Source: Selaginella moellendorffii
Taxonomy: Eukaryota; Plantae; Lycopodiophyta
Direction of reading: 5' to 3'
NCBI RefSeq assembly: GCF_000143415.4
Contig: NW_003314279.1
Span: 1-64,000 of the forward strand
Length of the DNA: 64,000 nt
Positions within the stretch are counted from its first letter, which is position 1, and each line of letters begins with the position of its first letter. The translations under genes and the position numbers were made by a program. The notes below the pieces were generated by a model. It was not told the origin of the DNA. It saw only the letters and a list, made by a program, of their open reading frames with translations, and ran no database searches. Below, piece after piece: positions 37,900-49,422 of the stretch.

Positions 37900-40800
37900 T
37901 TATTTTTCTTGCATTGAAATTTGTATCAAAAAGGTTTCCAAAGAAACACTAAAACCTAGTTTTTTGTGTTGAAATGGAGGTAGAATGAAACATTGAATGA
38001 TCTTTTATTTAGGATGTGGAGAACCCTCCCCCCATTTAAGTGGAGAATAAGGAATATAAACTATTGGTAATGTTAGGTTTTTATTTAATCACAAATATTT
38101 TAACTATTTTACTTTATAAATCTTTTATGATGAGTAAGAGGAGGACAAGCCTCTAGAACGTAAGAATAAAGACTTTAACATTTAAATATTAGTTATTTTA
38201 CTCATAAAACTTTATATTTAATGTTTTTTTAAAAACTTTTCTTATGATAGGCAAGTGGAGAATGCTTTTGAGTAGCAAAAGAATGAGAAAAAATATTATT
38301 GTAAGTAAAATTATACTAATTTATATATTCATTATTTATCGAGAGTTCATAAATGGAGAATGGCATATACTAGTGTTTTAAGATGGTATATATTGACTTC
38401 ACACTTATTTAATGTTTATTTTTTATCACTATTGTTTAAATCTTTTACATTCACTAGTAGAAGCCAAATAAAATAAAAAATTAATCAAATTTATTTATAT
38501 AAGTAAGAATGCAATGAACTTTGCATTCATTGTTTTATTTAAATATTTCCATTAGCCAAAAGCTTTTTTCTTCTCTCAATCCTTACATGGTTGAAAATGT
38601 CTTCAAAAGTGGACTTCACACATTTGATTGAGCTAGTAGGTATACATTCCAATTTATGTATTCTTTTTGTGATTCTCAAGAATTTTGGTATACATTTTCT
38701 TTTTATTATACAGTGATCAATTGATTATCTTTGGTTCTTTATAATGAATTTATCAACAAAGTGGTGGTCTATCATTTAAATATGCTTGGACTTTTTTTAA
38801 TGTTATCTTACATTCTCCATAATTCGCATAATAATGATTTTAGAATGCTATTTATCTAATTTGCATTCATTTTTATTTTTTATTTTTGCTTCAAAACAAG
38901 GGAAATGATAAGGAAGGGTTAAACTAGGCCTCACCCTTTTTTTGAAGTGATTAATAATGTTTGAAAGAAATTAAAATTGTTTTTGGAATATTTTTAATTA
39001 GATTATAAGTGCTAGTGTGAATGCACTTGGTTTTTAATGGTTTTAATAAAATTTAAAATTTTGTTAAAGATTTTTGATTTAGTTTTCTTCTAGTTTACTA
39101 GATTCTTACTTGGTCCTTTATTTTGAAATGTTAGGGGTTTATTCTCCCCTTGCTCATCATGAGAGATTTATATAACAAAATAGTTTAAAAATTTATGATT
39201 AAATAATAATATTATTAACAACTTTTATTGCTTATTCTTTATTAGGAATTTACAAAAGTGAAAATAAAATTTTGTAACATAATAGAATTTACTAGTATAT
39301 AAGTCACTTTTATTCTTTACTAGGGATTTACAAAAATGGATATAAAGCTTTGTGACAAAATAACTAACAGAACTTACTACTATATAACTTTTAAAACTAA
39401 TATAAATGTTACTCATTGTAAGGGATCTACAAAACAAAAAAGTGACTAAAAAGATTTATGAGTAAATAACTTACTTTGGAATCATTTTTTTGTAATAAAA
39501 AAAGAAAATAAAAAAATGTAGTTACCTCCTTGTAAAGCCTTGAATCTTTCTAGTGTTTATCTTTTTGATCCTAATGTAGCCCTTGGGGGATGAAGATTAA
39601 AACTTTGTTATTATGCATAACTAAGAATTAAGTGAGAAAGGGTTTTTCATATTTTCAAGACGGGGCCATTTAATATCTCGCTCTATTTTTATTTCAATAT
39701 TAAAATTTTAAAATTAGGGTTTGAGTTTTCTTGAAATGTTTTTGACACAATCATATTAATTAAAATATAACTTTGATTGTTTACAAAGTTTGCATGACAC
39801 GAGTATAAAAACAATAATGAATGCAGCTTAAACATCTAATATTTTTAAATTGTTGTTATGTGAGTTGTGGAGAGTGTAAGATAGCTCCATAATAAATTTA
39901 AATATATTTTAATGTTGAATGTTATATATGAAAATATAACTAATCTTTTAATTTTTGTTAACTCCTACTTATAAATGTAAGGGATGTAGACACTAATGAG
40001 ATATAAGAATTGCACAATGAATGTAAAATCAATATATACTATTTTGAGATACTAGCATACACTATTTTTCATCCATAAAATCTCAATAAACAGTGAGTAT
40101 AAAACTTACAAGTAACATTTTCATTCATTTATTTGCTACTTAAAGGTATTCTATATTTGTTCATCATAAAAGAACTAAAAAAAAAATTATTAAATATAAA
40201 GTTTTGTGAGTAAAATAACTAGTTACTTTTTTAGCATGCAAGTATTAAAGCCTTTGTCCTAAGGGCTCATCCTCCATTACTCATTATAAAAGATGTATAA
40301 AATAAAATTATAAAAATATGTGATTAAATAAAAATTAGTATTACCGACAGCTTGTATTTTTTATTCTTTATTTGCTCATTATGAAAGATTTATAAAAATG
40401 AATATAAGCTTTATAATAAAATAATTAATAAAAGTTACTAGTATATATGTCTCACTATTTCAACCTTATTAGTCTAAATGTAATTTATTGTGAAAGATTT
40501 ACAAATAAAAGAGTGAGTAAGAAAATTTTTGAGTAAATAAAAGCTAATAGTTTACCTTAAAAACAATTTTTTGGTAGCCACAAAAAGAAATAAAAAATAT
40601 AACTATTTCCTCCTAAACCTTTAAAACTTTTTAGCATTAATCCTTTCGATTTTGATGCAGTTTTTGGCGAATGTAAATTTAAACTTTATTACTATGTATA
40701 TCTAGGTATTTGGTGAGGGAGGAGGGTTCTCCACATTTTGGAAAAAAGGCTATTCAATTTTTTACTTTGTTTTTATTTTAGTAATAAAAATTAAGGTTTT

Positions 40801-42150
40801 AGTATTTTCTTGAAAACTTTGTAACGTAATTGAAACATAATTTCAATTGTTTTGAGGGTGTGGAGAAAAAATAACAATGGATGTAAGCAAGATAGCTAGC
40901 ATTCTTAAATTGTCATTATGTGAAGTGTGAAAAAGGTAGAATAACTCCAAATGAAATCCAAATATATTTTAAAGTTGTAGAGTTATTAAATGTATAATAA
41001 GGATAGTGCTTGAAAGTATGCCTGACCACTTAATATATGCAAAAATAGTGAATTGCATTTTTTTATTTGTATAAAATATTTACCTGGATTTTTTTATTTT
41101 ACTTGGCTTCTACTGGTGAATGCAAAAGACATAAATAATAATGAGAAATAACAATTATTTAATGAGTGTGAGGTCAGTACATACCATCTTGAGTTATTGG
41201 TATGCACTGTTTTTAATTTGTCTAAAATTTTAATAAATAATGAGTATAAAATCTACTAAAAATTTACTTGTAAATAACATTTTTGTTCATTTTTTTACTA
41301 CTCAGATGCATTCTCCATTTTCTCATTATAAGGGATTTACAAAAGAAAATATTTATGTTTAGAATAACTAGCTACTTTACTAAGATATGAGTGTCAAACC
41401 TTATATCCTCAAGTGTTAAATGTCATCATGGCAAGTTTATGAGTTTATCCTCCTTTTTTTCATTATGAGAGATTTATAAAATAAAATAGTGAAAAATTTT
41501 ATAATTAAATAAAAACTAACATTACCAACAGCTTATATTCTTCATTCTCCATTTACTCATCGTAAGGGATTTAAGAGAGTCAATATAAAATTTTATGAGA
41601 AAATAATTAATAAATCTTATATGTATGTATGTCTCAAAACCTCAACCCTGTTGGTTTAGATGCTCTTTATTATGATGAAAATATAATAGTTAATAAAATG
41701 CTTTATGAGTAAATAAATACCAATAGCTTACTTTGGAAATTTATTTTATATGGTAAAGAAAGAAAATAAAGGAATCTAGTTACCTCCTCTTGAAGTCCTA
41801 AATCTTTCTAGCACAACATTTAACAATTGAGAATTTAAACTTTACCTATTATGCATACTAAGGGATTGGTTGGGGGAAGAAGATTTTTCACATCCTAGAA
41901 AACGGGTTACTCAATTTTTTTCTCCACCTTTATTTCAACACTAAAAATTATGGTAATAATTTTTCTTGAAAACTTCTTAATGTAGTCTCATTAATTAGAA
42001 TATGTTTTCAATTGTTTTCAAAGTTTGAATGTACATATAGAAACAAATAATGAATGCAGATTAGATAGTTGGTATTGTTAAGCACTGTATGAGCTTGGAG
42101 AGTGTAGAATAGCTCCCAAAGAAAGCCAAACATTTTTAAATTTTAAATAA
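37900..42150. repeat. AT-rich region of degenerate ~1.1-kb repeats (about three direct copies plus one inverted)
   Basis: Homologous blocks start near 39520, 40600 and 41780 (ttacctcc...ctttctag...aaacttt...ttatgcata...ttctccacat). 38000-38480 is an inverted counterpart of ~41090-41560 and ~40700-40800. Confidence 0.6.
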
Positions 42151-44732
42151 CCACCATATCCATCAATTAGTTGTAATGAATCAGAAATATGCAATTAATC
42201 ATTACATAATAATGAGAGAAATAAGAAATTCTAAGAATCATAAAAAGAATAAATAAATGGGAATATATATATTTGATAACTCAATCATAAGTGTAAACTC
42301 CTATAGTTTGTACCATCCAAGAAGGGGAAATTGTTCAATTCGCTTAGTTAGCACATGTCACTGGCTAATATTCTACCAAATTATATTATGAGCTTTTCCA
42401 ATAATGTAGAAGCATAAAGTCAATAAGAGTTCCAAGTAAAGAAATAATAACCCATTGAGTTCCTCAATCGAGAGGAGCCACCACATAATAATTTTATTTT
42501 ATTCACAAAAGTAAATTTCTTAATAGAAGAAAAGGGTATGGATTCTAGATGAAGCAATTTTACAATGTTACAATAAAAAGTTCCTTGAAGTGAAAATGGT
42601 TGGAATCATAGGAGTTTTTTTATGAAAGTGGATACAATGATTGTGGAGGCCAAAAGATCATAATCAAGTTATTTGGAAAGTTCCAACAATAAGAATGTCA
42701 AAGAAACAAAAGCATATAAAGAAAGGATATAATTAAAAAAAGAAATATTTGAATTAGTGATTAAGTAGTTTATGACTAAGGGGGTCAAGGGGACTTGAGG
42801 GCTGTTTCTAGACCCCTTAACAAAAGAGTATTTATTTTGGTTGGGGCGCAAAAAAACTGAATCAATTAGATATAAAAATGTTCACTAAAAGAAAGATTTT
42901 CATATCTTGGTTACTTATAGTTTTATGTTTGAAATGTCTGTTTATAAAGGACCACTTATTCACCCTCCTAGGATGTTTAGAGAGTTAAAAAGTTTTGTTG
43001 CATATGAATAAAATGCTATTATCTTTAGCAAGTTTAAATTGCCTAACTTTAAGGGAGATAGTAAACTAGATAAAAATCAAAATTTGTTGGTGACCTTCTT
43101 TATAACAAAACACTATTATAGGCTGGAAGTGCAATGTCCATTAGATTAGCTAAAATCTAATAAAATTCCTTAAAAGAAGAATTCTTGGGCGATCTAGAGG
43201 GATGTAAGATTGTACTTAGTTGGTTTGAGTAAAAGTTTAGGGATCAGTTCCTTAATTTAAATAGTCAAAGACTTTTACATGAGTTTATAACAAGGATTCA
43301 GAAGGACAATAAGACTATTTTGGACTTTCACCAATACCCTAAGTCAACTTGCACCATCCATTATCATTATTGATTGGCACATAAAATAGTATTTCATGAA
43401 AGAATTGAAGACTCGATTGAGGGATTATATGAAAATATACTATATGACTCATATGCAAAGTGGTGACTCAGGTGGTTGAGTTTGAAATCTAAAATTGCTT
43501 TTATGAAACAAGATTCCTAAGGTGAGTAAGGCAATGGAATTGGTAAACCAAAGAAAGATTGTCGAAAATGTTGTTATATTAAAGTTACGTAGGCTCCATA
43601 AGCCTACATTTACAACACTTCTTTATCATGTCTAGGTTCTTGCCCATACCAATACATTTCTTTCTCATGCCAACTATCCGTTAGCATTGCACTATAGAGT
43701 TTATACACAACTTTGTGTCAAAGTTGCTTTCTTTTGGGAACACCTTTCCCACAACTTTAATATGGCACATTTTGCCATCAATAAGATACCAACGGTTCTC
43801 ATACTTGGATTGTCATACACGATTTTCATATCCATTCTTCGTGGGGTACAACACACCTCAGTCCAAATGCTTCCACCAGTCTTTTAGGACCATTCCTTGA
43901 CTCCACTCGAGTCATTTAGCTTTTTAGCTTTCACTAATTGACGACCTATAAGGTCCTATTTTGAAGTGCCAGCTCGTTAGACTACAACTTCTTGTATTCA
44001 TGTTCTACCTATAAGGACCACGCATGCAAGTGTTACTTTGACACTTGATTATTTTCCGTTTCTTATGGGCTGTTTTTGCCTCTTAGGACTATTCGTTCAT
44101 ATGATGAGAATACTGACTCATCCTCTGAATACACCCCCAACTCCTTGGGTTTAGTCTAACATTTATAAAAGGTAGCCTTGGCTACTATTTCAAGGACTTG
44201 TGTCCTCGTCCGTATTTGACCCTTCTTATGGTCATTAATTCCGGTCTCAAATTCATGAGAACCAATCTCAATTATATGAGGATAATCTTGTGACTCCTTT
44301 ATTGTTTTGGAGTTTCTATCTTTCCCGTGATCCCAACTATAGTTGTTTACCACAACTATATTAGTCAATTTGCTAAGTCAAAGCTCATCTGGATCACATC
44401 CTCAGCTCTCTGAGGAAACCTTATACTATTCCCAAGATCCCAAAGTCGTTCCATTATTGGCCCTTTTCTATCCACCACCTTGCTTACAAATTCACACATG
44501 AACTGTAGTGGAGAGCCATGTCTTCCCGACTTGCTACTGCTCAAGGATAGGCCCACTCCTAGGACCTTCTGATGCCAACACCAAGTGGTGATATACTTGA
44601 GCACCAATAAAAGTCGGACTAAAGAACAACTCCAATACCAAATTGTAAGCAACTAAATTTTCCATTCTACTTTAATCATTTAATCACACCTCCGACCACT
44701 TGGAGGAGTCTCACTCACAATCTCTACAAGTC

Positions 44733-47700
44733 CTATTTTGGACTTAGGGACTTGCTAGCCCCAAGAATGGCATCCATGCCACTCAACCATTGCACTTGGT
44801 CCAAGTGGTCCATGTGTTCGATCCCATGATTGACACCCCAAGGTACCACCGACATATCAGCCCGTTACACTAAGGCTATGCCCATTCACCTTGGTCACAC
44901 TGGTGGTCTGACACCACCTACATCACAGCCCAGTCTCTCAAAGACTGGGCTATTCGTCCATGAGTGATCATCTTAGATCCACTCTTTAGCATCCTTAGGA
45001 TGCCCGTAGGCATGGGGAATAGCCTTCCTCAATATCCCTTTTTCGGTCCCCACCAAGTCCCTTTCTGCCTATGGCCATGTTCGCCAACACTGCCACTAGA
45101 TTGAGGCCCACAAACTCGACCATTAAATCACACGGTCCTCTGGGACTTCCTCACCACCTGACTGTATTCTTGATCACTACACCAAAGGACTACTCCTCTT
45201 CCTTTCCTCAATTTGGGCTTTTGGGACAACATTTCGGAACACCATGGCCTTACACGAGCCTCATGGGTACTCTCCCTGCCTTCCACCTTTAGGTGCTCTA
45301 GCCATGGGCTTAAAGCGAGGTTCCGTTGAGCCACGCCAAGTATCCAAGTAGGTAGTGCCACCCACACTTGGATTGGGAGTATCGACCATTCGATCTCCTG
45401 GGGGAACTAAAGCTAGCTCTTTAACATTTCACCAAGCTACCCAGCTTGTCAGACCGTATTCACTTTAGTTTTGGACTTCCCAGTGGTTATCCCATCACCC
45501 AACACTTGGGTACAGCCTTCCTGGGACAAACTGGCCTTTCCTGGCTAAACTGGCTCCACTGGAGTCCTCCCCCTACTATACTTTTGGAGCTCACCAAACC
45601 CCTCAGGGTTTGGGATACGAACGCTTTGGGCTTTCACCCCCTTAGACTTGAACTCAGACTTGGACTCAAACTCAAACTCAGACTCGAACTCGGGCTTGGG
45701 CTTGGTCGCAGCCTCGGCTTCGGTCTCGGTCTCGGTCTCGGTCTCAGTCCCAGTCTCGGTCTCGATCTCAACTTCGGACTCCATCTTGGGTCCTTCTTAG
45801 ACTCCATCTCAGATTCCATCTCGGACTCCATCTCGGACTCCATCTCGGGCCCATCTCGAATTCCATCTCGGGTCCATCTCGGACTCCATTTTAGTCCATC
45901 TCGGACTCCATCTCGGGTCCATCTCGGACTCAATCTCGGACTCCATTTTGGACTCCATCTTGGGTCCATCTTGGACTCCATCTTGAGTCCATCTCGAACT
46001 CCATCTCGAACTCCATCTCGGATTCCATCTCGGGTCCATCTCGGACTCCATCTCAGGTCCTTTTGTGTCCCTTTTCTAGAGACTCACTTATTGTTTGCTT
46101 TGTGCTTGTTTCTCGAGCACTTTGTTAGGAGTTTTACTCCCACTCTCGACCTTTCAAGTCGGAGCTTTTAGTCCAAACGTGTTACGTTCGTTTAGTTTTC
46201 ACTTTGGCCACTATTATGTGGCACCCTTTTGGCTCCACTTTGGGGTCTAGGGATTTTGTGTCTCACAAAATGCTTGTCAAATATTGATCCCAAGATTTAA
46301 TATCAGTAGTTTGTGGCAATTACAAAGGTAAACTCAACTCTGTTAATAATATCAGATTATGACTATATAGAAGTTTATATGGTGAAACACCAACAGAACT
46401 CTACACCCTTGTGACAACCACATAGTGAAAAGATGGTAAATAACTATCTTAATCCGAATGTTGAAATGTCATGTACTTCATAATCATCCATTTGAAGGTC
46501 TGAACAAACCCTTCCACCAAACCATTTGACTGTGGATGATAGACACTTGTAAAAATGTGGTGTATCCTCAACCAAGATGTTAAAATAAGAAATACCTCAA
46601 CCATAAATATAGAACCCTAAAGAATTCGCTCTGATAGTTCTTGGGATTGTTGGAATGCCATTTGATTGAAAAATAAGTATCTAACAATAATTGCAAATGC
46701 ATTAGCAAGAGCTTTGACTTCCATGCAACGAGTCAAATAGTTAAAAGCAATGGAAAAGGCCCTATCAGATAAAAAATGCCACCAACTCAAATAGATGGGA
46801 AATTGCAATTGACTTCAATCCTCCATTCACAACATGAGAGAAAGTATTACAAGCTTGGCATTAAATGCAACTACGCACATACCAGATAACATCATGTCAT
46901 ATTTCCAGCCAATAGAAAGACTTTGCCATTGGAAATATGACATGATGTTATCTAGTATGTGCGTAGTTGTAAAAGGAGGATTGTTGTGAAAGGAGGATTG
47001 AAGTCAATGGCAATTTCCCATCTATTTGAGTTGGTGGCATTTCCAGCCAATAGAAAGACCTATGTAATTTCTCAATTACACAATAATGTCCCATATACTT
47101 GCCTAGAATAGGAGAATCATGGTAAGTGTAGAGAAAGCGTGGAATAAAGATTGAAAGCATCACTAGCCATAAATGATTATTATGATCCATCCCTACAAAA
47201 TAAAGAAATATCATCTTTAAGGCGATATTGAGAATGTAAATGCTGAAATGGAAAGTCATTAAGAAGTGATATAAATCCATTATAAAACCTTTGGATCCAT
47301 AGCTTAACCTTTTAAGCCTCATGAACCTCATTAAGAAAAAGTATGCTTTTCTTAGCATCTTATGAACAATGAAAATCAAGTACAATAACTACTAATGATA
47401 TGGAATCTTTGTCCAAAAAATCCATAGATGCTGAAACAATAAGCTCGTAAAAATATGAGAAGATAGCAAAGAAGGAAAAAGAGCTCGAGAAAGGGTGTCA
47501 GTATTAGCCTTAGATCTCCCCAAACAATAAACAATATCAAAATTATATTTTTAAAGCTTCAAAAGCCCACTAAACAATATGATTACTATTAAACACCTTT
47601 TCTCTACCATAGAGTAATTCACCTCCACTAGTTGTAATATACAACTGATGTATGCAATGGGATAACACTAATCAAACACACTTGGGCTCTCTTGTATCAA

Positions 47701-47924
47701 CATATTTCCAAGACAAATATAAAAAATATCCACGTATAAAATAAAAGGTCAAGTGCAATTGTCAATAACTCTTTAAAATCTGTAAACACATGCTTAAAGT
47801 CCATAAACCAGATGAAAGACGATGTTGACAACTTCAGTAATGCTTGTAACGGTGTAGTGCAATTAGAAAGATGATTAAAAAAATGATCAAGATAATGCAC
47901 TTTACCTCAGAAATGTTGCATATC
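44733..47924 (-). mobile_element. Degenerate Ty3/gypsy element: RT-end/RNase H/integrase remnants, minisatellite spacer, PPT-like tract and LTR start (44927)
   Basis: 46620-47924 is a diverged reverse complement of 57608-58940 (HYLDHFFNHLSNCTTPLQALLK; YHDSPILGKYMGH...EKLHRSFYW). 44733-46698 duplicates 31072-32975. Confidence 0.75.
45645..46056. repeat. Compound hexamer/12-mer minisatellite, copy 2 (longer 12-mer array)
   Basis: Seen directly. Confidence 0.9.
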
Positions 47925-48273
47925 TGTAGCACATATGGTTTTGACCCTTTATCTTATGGTGATTTACCATAGGATAACACCACGAAGTGGAACCTAAACC
48001 CTTTTTTTGCCATGTGACATATGCCATGTGTCATATGCCACATATCCAAAGGACAGTGGTGCGAAACCCGAGGTTCAAGGCCTTGGGCCATTGAACGAAG
48101 GAACGGTGGCAAACTCCCAAGCATGGAGCCAAGGAGTGACGGAACCGGACCACAGAGCAACTCCCGAGCATACAGCCCAAGGAGCGAAGGGACAACAGCC
48201 CAGAGCGACTTGGAACGGTCCTAGGGCAACCAGCATCCTAATGCCAAGACCAACACGCAAAACGGAGCCAAAC
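47925..48273 (-). mobile_element. Older LTR of the same family in inverted orientation, left half (continues at 55551-55797)
   Basis: Reverse complement of LTR 3' end 49074-49422 (tgtagc... = ...gctaca). Split at CAAAC by the nested element. Confidence 0.88.
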
Positions 48274-49422
48274 TGTCGCGAATGTGACTTTGGGTATCGA
48301 AAGCTACCTGTCGACCAGTCCTTACGGACACTCTTACCTTACTGCCACGATGGCAGGAGGTCGGTATTGCTGGTTCCCTTTATTAGCCCTTTTTGTTCAA
48401 GTGTTAGTAAACTGGACTTTGCATCTGTACTTGGCCGGATGAGCATAAGGAAGGAATTCCTAAGTGTCTATTTAGCTGAGCATACTTGGCCCGGCTTGTT
48501 AGTTCTCTTTTGCTCTGTCTTGCATTGGCTTGACAAGAATCCTCGCGTATTGAGATTGGTTCCTCAATATCGCTACATGATAGCTTACCGTGTCTGCCAA
48601 ACACCCTCGCTATCATGCCCTTTGTGTTAGTCTCATTTCGGTCCCAAATGCTATTTATGGAAAGTATCTAGATTCGCTCATTTGGTATATCTATGGAATG
48701 TAGAGATTGTCCTGAACACAATGGTGTTCGTCCCGTGTCCAAATTCGTAATCTAAGGACATTCCATATTTAGTAAGTTTCGAGCTTGTCCCAGAGACTAA
48801 CTCCTGATACTAAGGGAGGCTTGGGGTGAAAGCCCAAAGCGTGTGTTCCTCAAGGGGGGGGGGGGGCTGTGGGGGGTTCCAAATGTATAGTAGGGATAGT
48901 GGGTAGGTCGGGCATGGCTGACCAACCTGAGGCATAGTCTAGCTCCCGCTTGTGTGCCTGTCCTTGTTCTGCGTCCGGCTTGGGTCTAAGCCCAAGTTCC
49001 ATTCCATGCTAGCTGGTGGAGTACCTATGTCCTCGCGTTAGGCCACCGGTATGCTGAAATAGTGCCAAACTCCGTTTGGCTCCGTTTTGCGTGCTGGTCC
49101 TGGCATTGGGATGTTGGTTGCTCCAGGACTATTCCAAGTCGCTCCGGGCTCCCGTCCCTTCGCTCCTTGGGCTTCATGCTTGGGAGTTGCTCCGTGGTTC
49201 GGTTCTGTCACTCCTCGGCTCCATGCTTGGGAGTTTGGCACCGTTCCTTCGTTCAGTGGCCCAAGGCCCTGAACCTCAGGTTCCTATGGACACGTGGCAT
49301 AGACACGTGGCATGTGACACGTGGCATCTATCACGTGGCACAAAAAGGGTTAGGGTCCGCTTCATGGTGTTATCCTATGGTAAATCACCATAAGATAAAG
49401 GGTCAAAACCACGTGCGCTACA
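48274..49422 (+). repeat. 5' LTR (1149 bp)
   Basis: tgtcgcgaat...gtgcgctaca followed by the PBS. Confidence 0.93.
49291..49340. promoter_or_regulatory. Four tandem ABRE/G-box motifs (CACGTGGC) in the LTR
   Basis: CACGTGGC at 49291, 49304, 49318 and 49332. Confidence 0.7.

Noticed and set aside
42500-43200. Decayed DDE (piggyBac-like) transposase (ILDEAI..., GDLLY)
   Set aside because: The motifs are too short and interrupted to support without a profile search.
48007-48630. 207-aa ORF and its 54323-54751 counterpart as genes
   Set aside because: They span LTR junctions, lie within LTR sequence and have no domain.
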